From NCBI GenBank assembly GCA_003353955.1, contig PIVJ01000002.1:13971-77970 (forward strand): a stretch of DNA of 64,000 nucleotides. The letters are read 5' to 3'. The notes beneath the pieces are model-generated. The model saw only the letters and a program-made list of their open reading frames with translations, was not told where the DNA came from and searched no databases. Below are positions 9,862 to 20,347 of the stretch, one piece after another (positions within the stretch are counted from its first letter, which is position 1; each line of letters begins with the position of its first letter). This DNA comes from Bacteroidota bacterium. Lineage in GTDB: Bacteria; Bacteroidota; Bacteroidia; Bacteroidales; GCA-2711565. The translations under genes and the position numbers were made by a program.

Positions 9862-10998
9862 ATGAAAGTAATTAGAAAAATATTAGATGACATTAAACCC
9901 AACGTTCAAAAAGGTGGAAAATTTGAAATCTTTCATTCAGCCTTTGATGCTGTTGAAACACTCTTCTTTGTACCTGATAAAGTAACAATTAAAGGGAGTC
10001 ATATTCGGGATGGTATTGACATGAAAAGAACAATGATCGTTGTTTTCATTGCCTTAATTCCAGCCTTATTATTCGGGATGTGGAATGTGGGTTTCCAACA
10101 TTTTAAATCCTTGGGTGAAACAGTTACATTATGGCCTGCATTCTGGTATGGATTCTGGAAAGTTTTACCCATTGTAATTGTAACTTATGTCGTTGGTTTA
10201 GGAATTGAGATCATTTTTGCACAAAAGCGAGGGCATGATGTAAACGAAGGATTCTTTGTTTCGGGAATATTAATTCCACTTGTACTTCCTCCTGATATTC
10301 CGCTGTGGATGGTGGCAGTTGCAACTGCTTTCGCTGTAATTATCGGGAAAGAAGTTTTTGGTGGAACAGGGATGAATATCCTCAACCCTGCGTTGACTGC
10401 TCGTGCTTTTTTATTCTTTGCTTACCCCTCTTTTATGTCGGGCGACAAAGTGTGGATCTCAGACAAAGCAGATGCTTTCTCAGGAGCTACACCACTGGGT
10501 GATGCTTTAGTTGGAAATTTTGACAAGCTGCCAAATCCAATGGATATGATCACCGGAATTATTCCTGGATCAATTGGTGAAACATCAATCATTGCCATTT
10601 CGATAGGTGCACTTATTTTATTATTTACGGGTGTTGCAAGTTGGAGAATTTTATTCTCAACAATTGCAGGAGCGCTAATAATGGGATTACTTTTCAATTT
10701 ATGGGGTTATAATGATTATATGAATCTTCCTGCTCATTATCATTTAATCATGGGTGGCTTCGCATTTGGTGCCGTATTTATGGCAACTGATCCTGTTACT
10801 GCTTCACAAACCAATAAAGGGAAGTATATTTATGGATTCCTCATTGGCTTGCTTGCCGTATTAATCAGGGTATTTAACCCCGCTTATCCGGAAGGAATGA
10901 TGCTTGCCATTTTACTAATGAATGTATTCGCTCCGCTCATTGATTACTATGTGGTGGCATCAAATATTAACAAACGACTTAAACGCGTTAAGGCTTAA
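9862..10998 (+). CDS. nqrB: Na+-NQR subunit B
   Basis: 378-aa polytopic membrane protein with the FMN-attachment motif (DAFSGATPLG); operon position. Confidence 0.95.
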   Translation: MKVIRKILDDIKPNVQKGGKFEIFHSAFDAVETLFFVPDKVTIKGSHIRDGIDMKRTMIVVFIALIPALLFGMWNVGFQHFKSLGETVTLWPAFWYGFWKVLPIVIVTYVVGLGIEIIFAQKRGHDVNEGFFVSGILIPLVLPPDIPLWMVAVATAFAVIIGKEVFGGTGMNILNPALTARAFLFFAYPSFMSGDKVWISDKADAFSGATPLGDALVGNFDKLPNPMDMITGIIPGSIGETSIIAISIGALILLFTGVASWRILFSTIAGALIMGLLFNLWGYNDYMNLPAHYHLIMGGFAFGAVFMATDPVTASQTNKGKYIYGFLIGLLAVLIRVFNPAYPEGMMLAILLMNVFAPLIDYYVVASNINKRLKRVKA

Positions 10999-11025
10999 TT
11001 ATTAAGGGAAATAAAACATAAACTT

Positions 11026-11763
11026 ATGTATAGTAATTCTTATATTTTTCGATATGCAAGTGTGATGGTGATCATTGTTGCTGCCATTTTATCGTCGGCT
11101 GCAATGTTCCTAAAACCTCTTCAGGAAAAAAATGAAGCAATTGATAAAATGAAAGGCATCTTAGCTTCAGCAAACATTAAAGCTACTTCAGGAAATGCCA
11201 TCGAACTTTACAAAACAAATATTACTGAGGAAATTGTAATAACTAATTCCGGTGAGATCGTTGAGGCAAGTAAAAGTGGTGAAGTTGAACCAGGGAAGAG
11301 CCTGGCTTTCAATTTGGATTTAAAGAAGGAATTATATAAAAAGAGTAAAAATCTTGAATTTAATATTCCGCTATTAGTTGTTGAATCTAATGGAATTAAA
11401 ACTTATATTATTCCACTTCGTGGAACTGGCCTTTGGGGCCCAATCTGGGGCAACATTGCCGTTAAGGATAATTTTAGTACAGTTGTAGGTGTAACTTTCG
11501 GACATAAAGGTGAAACTCCTGGTTTGGGTGCTGAAATTGATACTAAAATCTTCCAGTCCCAATTTGTTAGTAAAGAAATTTTTAATGATGGTAAATTTCA
11601 ATCTGTGAAAGTTGTTAAAGGCGGTATAGTTACATTGCCTGCTAATATGCACATTCATGGTGTAGACGCTATTTCTGGTGGTACAATTACCAGTGATGCG
11701 GTGAGTGAAATGCTTGCCAATTGTTTAGAAAATTATGTTCCATATATCAATAAACGCAATTAA
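11026..11763 (+). CDS. nqrC: Na+-NQR subunit C
   Basis: 245 aa, single N-terminal TM helix, FMN-attachment motif region GVDAISGGTITS. Confidence 0.93.
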   Translation: MYSNSYIFRYASVMVIIVAAILSSAAMFLKPLQEKNEAIDKMKGILASANIKATSGNAIELYKTNITEEIVITNSGEIVEASKSGEVEPGKSLAFNLDLKKELYKKSKNLEFNIPLLVVESNGIKTYIIPLRGTGLWGPIWGNIAVKDNFSTVVGVTFGHKGETPGLGAEIDTKIFQSQFVSKEIFNDGKFQSVKVVKGGIVTLPANMHIHGVDAISGGTITSDAVSEMLANCLENYVPYINKRN

Positions 11764-11766
11764 CTG

Positions 11767-12426
11767 ATGAGTGAAGAGAAAAAAGAAAAGAAAGCAATAT
11801 TTTCGGCTAAAAACCGTAAACTCTTAATCAACCCCCTTCATAAAGACAACCCAATCACAACTCAGGTTTTGGGGATTTGCTCAGCTTTAGCTGTAACTGC
11901 TAAAGTTAAACCGGCATTTGTAATGACTTTATCTGTAATGGCAGTTCTGGCAATCGGTAATGTCATAATCTCAATATTGCGAAACGGAATTCCTCCTCGA
12001 ATCAGAATTATTGTTCAGTTGGTTGTAATTGCTGCACTTGTAATTTTAGTTGATCAGGTATTGAAAGCATTTGTTTTTGATGTAAGTAAGCAGCTCTCAG
12101 TTTTTGTAGGATTGATCATTACCAACTGTATTATCATGGGGCGATTTGAAGCTTTTGCCATGGCTAATAAACCTTGGGAATCGTTTTTAGACGGACTTGG
12201 AAATGCATTTGGTTACGGTTGGATCTTAATTGTAGTGGCTTTCTTCCGAGAGTTCTTAGGATCCGGAACCATTTGGGATTACCCTGTGATGGAAAAATTA
12301 GGAGTTTACAGCTTCGGGTATGAGAACAATGGATTTATGATTTTACCTCCAATGGCTTTAATTATTGTTGGGGTCATTATCTGGGTTCAAAGATCGAAGG
12401 ATAAGACATTAATTGAAGAAAAATAA
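11767..12426 (+). CDS. nqrD: Na+-NQR subunit D
   Basis: 219-aa hydrophobic protein of the NqrD/RnfE family; operon position. Confidence 0.93.
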   Translation: MSEEKKEKKAIFSAKNRKLLINPLHKDNPITTQVLGICSALAVTAKVKPAFVMTLSVMAVLAIGNVIISILRNGIPPRIRIIVQLVVIAALVILVDQVLKAFVFDVSKQLSVFVGLIITNCIIMGRFEAFAMANKPWESFLDGLGNAFGYGWILIVVAFFREFLGSGTIWDYPVMEKLGVYSFGYENNGFMILPPMALIIVGVIIWVQRSKDKTLIEEK

Positions 12427-12449
12427 TAAAAAATTATAATAATTAAGAT

Positions 12450-13067
12450 ATGCAGGAATTATTTAACATATTCGTAAAGTCCATCTTTATTGACAATATG
12501 GTATTTGCTTATTTCCTAGGTATGTGTTCATACCTGGCAGTTTCAAAAACAGTAAAAACCTCGATGGGGCTTGGGTTGGCAGTTGTTTTTGTACTGGGGA
12601 TTACAGTACCGGTTGATTATTTGATGAATAAATATTTGCTTTCAGAAGGAGCCTTAAGTTGGTTAAGCCCTGAATTTGCTACTGTTGATTTAAGTTTCTT
12701 GAGTTTTATCATGTTCATTGCTGTAATTGCATCAATGGTACAATTAGTTGAAATGATTGTTGAGAAATTTGCACCTGTTTTATACAACTCACTAGGGATA
12801 TTCCTTCCACTTATTGCTGTTAACTGTGCGATTTTAGGAGGCTCATTGTTTATGCAGGAAAGAGAGTATGAAACTATTTGGCAGGCTACTTCATTTGGGC
12901 TTGGATCGGGAGTGGGATTTTTGTTGGCAATTATTGGTATTGCTGCCATTCGCGAAAAAATCCGTTACTCAAATGTTCCTGCTCCATTAAGAGGCCTGGG
13001 TATCACTTTTATCATTACAGGACTAATGGGAATTGCATTTATGAGTTTCTTAGGAATTAAATTATAA
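12450..13067 (+). CDS. nqrE: Na+-NQR subunit E
   Basis: 205-aa hydrophobic protein of the NqrE/RnfA family; operon position. Confidence 0.93.
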   Translation: MQELFNIFVKSIFIDNMVFAYFLGMCSYLAVSKTVKTSMGLGLAVVFVLGITVPVDYLMNKYLLSEGALSWLSPEFATVDLSFLSFIMFIAVIASMVQLVEMIVEKFAPVLYNSLGIFLPLIAVNCAILGGSLFMQEREYETIWQATSFGLGSGVGFLLAIIGIAAIREKIRYSNVPAPLRGLGITFIITGLMGIAFMSFLGIKL

Positions 13068-13097
13068 TCTTCATAACTTGATAATAAACGATTAGAT

Positions 13098-14354
13098 ATG
13101 ATTTTAAATATTAGTATAGGATTCGTTGTTTTAATCAGCATCGCCGTTTTTCTGACTATTATCATGCTGTTGGTTTCAGTATTATTATATGCCCGAAAAA
13201 AACTAATGCCATCTGGCGAAGTTATTCTAACAATTAACGAAGAAAAAAAATACACTGTTGATCCGGGATCAACCATATTGACCACATTGGCAAATCAAAA
13301 AATATTTCTTCCTTCTGCTTGCGGTGGTGGTGGTACTTGTGCCATGTGTAAATGTCAAATCTTTGAGGGTGGTGGAACAATACTACCGACCGAGGTAGAC
13401 TATTTTACCCGAAAAGAAGCACTCAACAATTGGCGTCTGGGTTGCCAGGTGAAAGTAAAAGAAGACATGAAAATCGGTATTCCTAAAGAAATATTCGGTA
13501 TAAAGAAATGGGAATGCGAAGTTATTTCAAATCGAAATGTGGCAACATTCATTAAAGAATTTGTTGTTCGGCTTCCTGAAGGAGAAACCCTTGATTTCAG
13601 GTCAGGAGGATACATTCAAATTGATGTTCCAAAATGTGAAGTTGACTTCAGCACCATTGATATTGATGAAGAATACCGAACTGACTGGGATAACTTCAAT
13701 ATGTGGGAATTGAAAATGAAAAATTCGGAACCCATTTTTCGAGCTTATTCTATGGCTAATCACCCTGCCGAAGGAAACATTGTGATGCTAAACATTCGAA
13801 TTGCCACTCCACCATGGGATCGCACCAAGAATACATTCATGAATGTGAATCCGGGTATTTGCTCCTCTTATATATTCGCATGTAAGCCGGGTGATAAAGT
13901 TACGGTTTCAGGGCCTTATGGCGAATTTTTTATCAAACCCACAGAACGGGAGATGATGTTTATTGGCGGTGGTGCAGGAATGGCACCCATGCGTTCACAT
14001 ATATTTGATCTTTTTAACACACGCAAAACAGGGCGGAAAGCTACTTTCTGGTACGGTGGTCGTTCGCTGAGAGAATTGTTTTATGTTGACCAATTTCAGG
14101 GTATTGAAGAAAAGTTTCCAAATTTCAAGTTTAATATAGGATTATCCGAGCCCCTCCCCGAAGACAATTGGGAAGGATATACCGGATTTATTCATCAGGT
14201 AATTATGGATAACTATTTAAGAAACCATCCTGAACCCGAGGAAATCGAATATTACCTCTGCGGTCCGCCAATGATGAATGATGCTGTATTAAAAATGCTT
14301 GATGATTACGGAGTACCTGAAGAGATGATTGCCTTCGACGATTTTGGTGGCTAA
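13098..14354 (+). CDS. nqrF: Na+-NQR subunit F
   Basis: 418 aa. N-terminal TM helix, 2Fe-2S ferredoxin motif ([12 protein letters not shown]), FAD/NADH-binding domain ([16 protein letters not shown]). Confidence 0.95.
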   Translation: MILNISIGFVVLISIAVFLTIIMLLVSVLLYARKKLMPSGEVILTINEEKKYTVDPGSTILTTLANQKIFLPSACGGGGTCAMCKCQIFEGGGTILPTEVDYFTRKEALNNWRLGCQVKVKEDMKIGIPKEIFGIKKWECEVISNRNVATFIKEFVVRLPEGETLDFRSGGYIQIDVPKCEVDFSTIDIDEEYRTDWDNFNMWELKMKNSEPIFRAYSMANHPAEGNIVMLNIRIATPPWDRTKNTFMNVNPGICSSYIFACKPGDKVTVSGPYGEFFIKPTEREMMFIGGGAGMAPMRSHIFDLFNTRKTGRKATFWYGGRSLRELFYVDQFQGIEEKFPNFKFNIGLSEPLPEDNWEGYTGFIHQVIMDNYLRNHPEPEEIEYYLCGPPMMNDAVLKMLDDYGVPEEMIAFDDFGG

Positions 14355-14390
14355 AAGATAATGCTTGGATGTAAGATAGAAGAATTTAGA

Positions 14391-15404
14391 TCATTTTTTA
14401 CTTGAATCCCGCACTAATAATTTCGTTTTAAGGACTTTTGTTACCGGCTGATAGCTCTCCCTGCTTTTCATGCGATCAAGCAGCAGATTAGCTGCAACTT
14501 GCCCCATCTCGAATCCTTTCTGATCAACTGATGACAGTTCAAAATATGACATGCGAGATATAAAAGAATTTGTAAATCCGCAAACAGCAACGTCACCTGG
14601 AATTTTCTTTTTTAATTTCCTTAATGCCTTAATACTTCCCATTGCTGTAAGATCATTTACTGCAAAAACCCCATCTACCTCAGGATGTTCTTTAATTAAT
14701 TCCGGAATTAACTTATATGCTTGGTCATAAGTATCGCATGCTTGAATATAATGTTCAGGAATGCTAATATTAAAATGTTTATGAGCTTCTACATATCCAT
14801 CTTTCCGCTTTTCTCCAATTGCAAGATGCTGAGGTCCAGCTAAGTGAATTATATGCTTACAACCAGATTCTATCAAATGCTTTGTGGCTTGAAAAGCTCC
14901 TTCAAAATCATCGACAATTACTTTGTCAGCAAATACACCTTCACAGGGACGATCAAAAAACACTATTGGAACTCCGATTTTTTCGATATTCCTAAAATGA
15001 TCAAATTTGTGCGTATTCTTAGACATTGAAATAATAAATCCATCAATATTACTCGATAATAATGCTTGGACATTTTCAACTTCTCTTTCATAAGACTCAT
15101 TTGATTGACATATCATCACATGATAACCGGATTTGTTCGCAATTTGTTCAATCCCGCTAATAACTGTTGAAAAAAAATGATGAATAATCTCAGGGATTAA
15201 TAAGCCAATAATTTTGCTCTCATTTTGGAGAAGGCTTAAAGCTACTTTATTTGGTTTATAATTCAGCTCCTGAGCAAGCTCTTTGATGGCTTTCTTCGTA
15301 TTGGGATTAATATTAGGATGGTTATTTAAAGCATACGAAACCGTTGAAGGAGAAATATTAAGTTTTCTTGCAATATCTTTTATAGTGACTCGATGACCCT
15401 TCAT
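14391..15404 (-). CDS. LacI-family transcriptional regulator (probable maltose/starch-locus regulator)
   Basis: 337 aa. N-terminal HTH (TIKDIARKLNISPSTVSYALNNHP) plus a periplasmic-binding-protein-like sugar-binding core; divergent from the susC-like gene. Confidence 0.9.
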   Translation of the reverse strand: MKGHRVTIKDIARKLNISPSTVSYALNNHPNINPNTKKAIKELAQELNYKPNKVALSLLQNESKIIGLLIPEIIHHFFSTVISGIEQIANKSGYHVMICQSNESYEREVENVQALLSSNIDGFIISMSKNTHKFDHFRNIEKIGVPIVFFDRPCEGVFADKVIVDDFEGAFQATKHLIESGCKHIIHLAGPQHLAIGEKRKDGYVEAHKHFNISIPEHYIQACDTYDQAYKLIPELIKEHPEVDGVFAVNDLTAMGSIKALRKLKKKIPGDVAVCGFTNSFISRMSYFELSSVDQKGFEMGQVAANLLLDRMKSRESYQPVTKVLKTKLLVRDSSKK

Positions 15405-15576
15405 AATCTCAGCTAATTGTTAAGGGTTTTTAATGAAACATTACTAAAAACATCTTATTTAGACAGATTCTTGATTTATTTTAAGTGAAAAATACTGTTT
15501 TAGCTCCCTAAATTAAGTTAAAAAATGCAAAATATAGGAGATTTTACTAAAAATAAAAGGAAATTGATTTCTTAAT

Positions 15577-15590
15577 TACAAACGTTTGAA
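15577..15590. promoter_or_regulatory. candidate LacI-family operator (palindrome CAAACGTTTG)
   Basis: Perfect 10-bp palindrome at 15579-15588, centred on CG as in LacI-family operators (core AAACGTTT). It lies in the lacI/susC divergent intergenic region. Confidence 0.5.
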
Positions 15591-15716
15591 ATAGGGGTTA
15601 GCTAAATTTAGAATATCCTCAAACCCTTGTAAGTAAATATATTCAGGGAGTTTTGGCTTGGATTTTCTGCCATAATGTTTTAAATTTAAAGTCATTTTTA
15701 ACTTATAATAAATAAT

Positions 15717-18701
15717 ATGAGAAAGTGTAAAGTTTTACTTATTGTAGTATTGTCTTTCTTCTTTATTCAGTCTAGTGCAATTTACGCTCAAAATACAGTG
15801 AGTGGAACTGTTACTGATTCAGAAGATGGCAGTACAATAGTTGGGGCAACCGTTCTTGTGAAAAACACAACCAATGGAATCACAACTGATATTAATGGGC
15901 ACTACACATTATCAGTACCTGATGGCACAACTCTTGTCTTCTCATTTGTAGGCTATAACACACAGGAAATTTTAGTAAACGGTCAATCAATTATTGACGT
16001 AAGCTTAAAATATTCTTCTACCAGCTTAAGTGAAGTAGTAGTGATAGGCTATGGACAAGTGCGAAAAGATGATGCTACAGGTTCTGTTGATGTGATTAGT
16101 ACTGATGATTTTAATAAGGGATCTATTACTTCCGCTCAGGATTTGATGGTGGGTAAAAGTGCTGGTGTTGTTATAACAACTGCCGGTGGTGCACCCGGAA
16201 GTGGTTCAACCATTCGTATTCGTGGTGGGTCATCGTTGAAAGCATCTAATGATCCTTTAATTATTATCGATGGTATTCCAATTGATAATAACAATGTATC
16301 TGGAAGCAGCAATTTCCTTTCGTTCATTAATCCTAATGACATAGAGTCATTTAACATCCTAAAAGATGCTTCTGCGGCAGCCATATATGGTTCAAGAGCC
16401 TCTAACGGTGTTATCATTATCACGACCAAAAAAGGGAAAGCTGGCCCCATGAAAATCAACTTTGACATGAATACATCGATTGCAAGTGCTATTGAATTCA
16501 TTGATGTATATTCAGGTGATGAGCTTAGGAAAATAGCTTTAGACAAAAAAGACTTATATGGTGCTGATAGTTATAATATGCTTTGGAATGAGAACACCAA
16601 TTGGCAAAAAGAACTCTTCCGAACTGTTATTTCCCAAGATAATAATATTGGCGTATCAGGCGCATACAAAAAAATACCTTATCGGGTTTCAATGGGTCAC
16701 ACAAACCAGAATGGTATAATGAAAAATACCTCAATGAAACGCTTGACAGGTTCTATAAACCTTAACCCAACATTGCTGGATGGTGATTTAAAAGTTAACA
16801 TAAATCTTAAAGGAATGACCACCAATCATAATTTTGGTGATAATGAAGCCTTAGGATCTGCGATTGTTATGGATCCAACAAAACCGGTTTACGATGATCG
16901 CTTCTCAAATTCTGCGGGTTATTTTCAATGGGGTAATTATGGAGCTAATTTAGGAACTCCAAACCCGGTTGAACAATTAATGGAAGCAGACAATACCTCA
17001 AATGTTAAAAGAATTGTGGGCAACATTCAGTTAACGTATAAAATTCCTTCAATTCCAGAATTACAAGCTAATTTAAATTTGGCGTCAGATGTATCGAAAA
17101 GTGAAGGGCATAACAACCGTCCTAACACTTCTCCTTCCACTCTCACAAGCCCTTATTGGGGAAAGGTAAGTAATTACTCTGCTACAAATAAAAATTCTCT
17201 TCTTGATTTTTATATGAATTATAAAAAAGGTCTTGAAGAAATAAATAGTACGATTGATGTAACTGCTGGTTATTCATGGCAACACTTTGAGCGCGAAGAT
17301 GATAATATTACTTATGGACTTACCGATGCGACACACCCTCCTCAAGAAGGCGATACTTCTTCATTTATCACTGAAAATTATTTGGTTTCATTCTTTGGAC
17401 GTTTAAATTATACACTCGCTGGTAAGTACCTGTTTACTTTCACCATTCGAGATGATGGTTCCTCTAGGTTTAGTGGTGATAATCAATGGGGTCTTTTCCC
17501 ATCAGCAGCTTTAGCCTGGAAAATCAAAGAAGAATCATTCCTTAAGGATGTTGAATTTATTAGCAATTTGAAGTTAAGATTAGGCTGGGGAATTACTGGG
17601 CAGCAGGATATTGGTAACGATTATCCCGCTCAAGCTGTTTACATTGCTTCTTCTGCAGGTTCATATTATCCGATTGGTGGTCAGTTTCTTCCAACATTAC
17701 GCCCAAATCCGTATGATCCAAACATACAATGGGAACAAACAACTACTCAAAACATTGGTATTGATTTTGAATTTTTCAGAGGTAGAATTTCCGGATCTGT
17801 TGATGTTTATAAACGTGTTACAGATAATTTATTAAACACTGTTGTCGTTCCTATCGGAAGTAATTTCTCAAATACACTTCTAACAAATGTTGGTAATTTG
17901 GAAAATAAAGGTGCTGAATTCTCATTAAATTTGATACCGCTATCAAAAAAAGATATGTCGTTGCAAATTGGATTTAATTTAACTTACAACGAAAATAAAA
18001 TCACCAAACTTCTTCTTAATGATGATCCTAATTATATCGGCATTCTCTACGGAGATGCTTTTACAGGGCAGACGCAAGTCACCAGAGTGGGACATCCTGC
18101 ATATTCTTTCTTTTTAAACCAACAAGTTTACGATGCTGCCGGAAATCCGATAGAAGGAATGTATGTTGACCTTTCGGGAGAAGGGGGAGCAGTAAATGGA
18201 GATAATAACGACAAGTATATATACCATAATCCTGTTGCCGATGTATTGATGGGATTGTCAGTTAGGTTTAACTATAAAAACTTTGATGCTTCTGCATCAT
18301 CACGAATCAATCTCGGAAATTACGTTTATAACCAGGTGGCAGCTAGTGCCTCTTATGACCAGATGTATCAGATTGGATACTGGAAAAACGCTCCGAAGTA
18401 CCTGGACGACACACAGTTTGTAAAACGCCAATTTACAAGTGATTACTTCGTAAGCAATGCTTCATTCTTTAAACTGGACTATTTAAGCTTCGGTTACACT
18501 CCAGACAATATGGGTAAATTGAACCCTCGTTTTAGCTTTACCATTCAAAATGTATTCACGATTACGAATTATGAGGGTATTGATCCCGAGGTTTCCAGAG
18601 GGAATTATGAGGGTACTGATTCCGAGGTTTCCGGAGGAATTGATAATAACTTTTATCCGCGTCCTCGAACTTTCATGATTGGTATTAGCTTTACTTATTA
18701 A
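15717..18701 (+). CDS. SusC-like TonB-dependent outer-membrane transporter
   Basis: 994 aa. Signal peptide, carboxypeptidase-regulatory-like domain (TVSGTVTDSEDGSTIVGATVLV), TonB box region (VVVIGYG), plug and barrel; followed directly by a SusD-like gene. Confidence 0.95.
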   Translation: MRKCKVLLIVVLSFFFIQSSAIYAQNTVSGTVTDSEDGSTIVGATVLVKNTTNGITTDINGHYTLSVPDGTTLVFSFVGYNTQEILVNGQSIIDVSLKYSSTSLSEVVVIGYGQVRKDDATGSVDVISTDDFNKGSITSAQDLMVGKSAGVVITTAGGAPGSGSTIRIRGGSSLKASNDPLIIIDGIPIDNNNVSGSSNFLSFINPNDIESFNILKDASAAAIYGSRASNGVIIITTKKGKAGPMKINFDMNTSIASAIEFIDVYSGDELRKIALDKKDLYGADSYNMLWNENTNWQKELFRTVISQDNNIGVSGAYKKIPYRVSMGHTNQNGIMKNTSMKRLTGSINLNPTLLDGDLKVNINLKGMTTNHNFGDNEALGSAIVMDPTKPVYDDRFSNSAGYFQWGNYGANLGTPNPVEQLMEADNTSNVKRIVGNIQLTYKIPSIPELQANLNLASDVSKSEGHNNRPNTSPSTLTSPYWGKVSNYSATNKNSLLDFYMNYKKGLEEINSTIDVTAGYSWQHFEREDDNITYGLTDATHPPQEGDTSSFITENYLVSFFGRLNYTLAGKYLFTFTIRDDGSSRFSGDNQWGLFPSAALAWKIKEESFLKDVEFISNLKLRLGWGITGQQDIGNDYPAQAVYIASSAGSYYPIGGQFLPTLRPNPYDPNIQWEQTTTQNIGIDFEFFRGRISGSVDVYKRVTDNLLNTVVVPIGSNFSNTLLTNVGNLENKGAEFSLNLIPLSKKDMSLQIGFNLTYNENKITKLLLNDDPNYIGILYGDAFTGQTQVTRVGHPAYSFFLNQQVYDAAGNPIEGMYVDLSGEGGAVNGDNNDKYIYHNPVADVLMGLSVRFNYKNFDASASSRINLGNYVYNQVAASASYDQMYQIGYWKNAPKYLDDTQFVKRQFTSDYFVSNASFFKLDYLSFGYTPDNMGKLNPRFSFTIQNVFTITNYEGIDPEVSRGNYEGTDSEVSGGIDNNFYPRPRTFMIGISFTY
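18566..18637 (+). repeat. 36-bp tandem duplication inside the susC-like 3' end
   Basis: gaattatgagggtattgatcccgaggtttccagagg is followed by gaattatgagggtactgattccgaggtttccggagg (33/36 identical). This gives NYEGIDPEVSRG-NYEGTDSEVSGG in the conserved C-terminal barrel motif. Confidence 0.9.
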
Positions 18702-18720
18702 CCGTAAAAAAATAATTGAT

Positions 18721-20331
18721 ATGTATAAAAATAAAATATTATTAGCAATATACTTTTCGGTACTGATGACGATTACATCGTGCGTTAAGGATCTGGATGT
18801 TAAGCCGATGGACCCTAATACTATTCTGGCTGGCAATTTAAGTGATGATCCGGCTTACATGAAACAAGCTCTGGGGAAAATCTATGCCAGTTTTATTATT
18901 TCCGGACAAGGTTCCAATGGAGGGGCTGATATAAGTGCTTCCGATGAAAACTTTTTTACTACAATGAGGGCTCTCTGGAACCTTCAGGAGATTACGACTG
19001 ATGAGGCAATATGTGCCTGGGGCGATGTGGGAATTGCTGATTTAAATACGCAGACCTGGAGTCCTAGCAACCCTTTTCTTACCGCACTTTATCAACGATT
19101 AGGGCTAAGTATTACTTATGCCAATGATTTCATCAGATTAACAAAAGGTGATCCTGATTTGGCTCAGTATAATGCAGAAGCTCGTTTTCTCAGAGCTTTA
19201 GCTTATTCTTGGTATATAGACTTATTCGGAAACCCACCTTTTACAACTGAGCTTGACGAAGTTGGGAGTTTCTATCCTGAACAAATTCAACGTGCCGATT
19301 TATTCACCTATATTACATCTGAATTAAAAAGTATAGAAAGTTTATTAGGTGAACCTAAATTCTCCTATCCCCAAGCCGATAGAGCTGCTGCCCAAATGTT
19401 GCTTGCAAGACTATACCTTAATGCTGAAGTTTATACTGGAACGGCACAGTGGGACAGTTGTAGAAATTATGCAGATAAAGTAATTATCAGTGGATATTAC
19501 TCACTAGCATCTGACTACCGTCAGAATTTCAGTGCAAACAATGATGGACACAACAATCCTGAAATGATCTTTGCCTGGGAACAAGATGGTGTAAACACTC
19601 AGGGCTATGTTGGAACTACATTTATTATTGAATCAAGTAGTGATGCAACCTATATTCGAGCTGAAGATTATCATGGATTAACATCAAACACCAACTGGAA
19701 CGGAAACAGAGCCAGAAAGGATTTCATGAACATATTAGTTGATACACTTGCTACTTATGGCGGGCCAATTCCTGCAAGCGATGTTGAATTTTCGCAAAGT
19801 AAAGACGGACGTGTATTTTTGAAAATGAAAAAAAGCATGGATATTCCCAGCCCGTCATCAAATGGAGATTATGGAATAGGAGTATATAAATTCACCGCTA
19901 ATAATACAGACGGTAGCCAGGCAGCAAGTTATAATCCTGCTTTTGCTTCTACGGATTTCCCTGTATTCCGTTTGGCAGATGCCTACCTAATGAGAGCAGA
20001 AGCCCTTTTCAATATGGGCAATACTGGTGGAGCAGTAGCTGACATTAATGTGATTCGAGAACGAGCCTTTGGAAATACAGATGGAAACATTACAATAGCC
20101 GATCTAACATCTCAATTCATCTTGGATGAACGTGCACGTGAATTTTACTACGAAGCTCAAAGGCGCACAGATTTAGTTAGGTTTGGTCAGTTTACTAACG
20201 GCACTTACCATTGGCAATGGAAAGGAGGAACATTTAACGGTTCATTAACAAGCAGCCATTTAAATCTTTTTCCAATTCCAGGAGATGAAGTTTCTGCGAA
20301 TCAGAATATACTACAGAACGTTGGTTATTAA
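18721..20331 (+). CDS. SusD-like (RagB/SusD family) surface glycan-binding lipoprotein
   Basis: The start was moved to MYKNKILLAIYFSVLMTITSC (lipobox Cys). SusD-type TPR-like body, immediately downstream of the susC-like gene. Confidence 0.92.
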   Translation: MYKNKILLAIYFSVLMTITSCVKDLDVKPMDPNTILAGNLSDDPAYMKQALGKIYASFIISGQGSNGGADISASDENFFTTMRALWNLQEITTDEAICAWGDVGIADLNTQTWSPSNPFLTALYQRLGLSITYANDFIRLTKGDPDLAQYNAEARFLRALAYSWYIDLFGNPPFTTELDEVGSFYPEQIQRADLFTYITSELKSIESLLGEPKFSYPQADRAAAQMLLARLYLNAEVYTGTAQWDSCRNYADKVIISGYYSLASDYRQNFSANNDGHNNPEMIFAWEQDGVNTQGYVGTTFIIESSSDATYIRAEDYHGLTSNTNWNGNRARKDFMNILVDTLATYGGPIPASDVEFSQSKDGRVFLKMKKSMDIPSPSSNGDYGIGVYKFTANNTDGSQAASYNPAFASTDFPVFRLADAYLMRAEALFNMGNTGGAVADINVIRERAFGNTDGNITIADLTSQFILDERAREFYYEAQRRTDLVRFGQFTNGTYHWQWKGGTFNGSLTSSHLNLFPIPGDEVSANQNILQNVGY

Positions 20332-20347
20332 TACTTAAAAAAACATT

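Noticed and set aside
18679-18720. Upstream Met (MVLALLINRKKIID) as the SusD-like start.
   Set aside because: It overlaps the susC-like 3' end. The downstream MYKNKILL...TSC gives a canonical lipoprotein signal, so 18721 is preferred.
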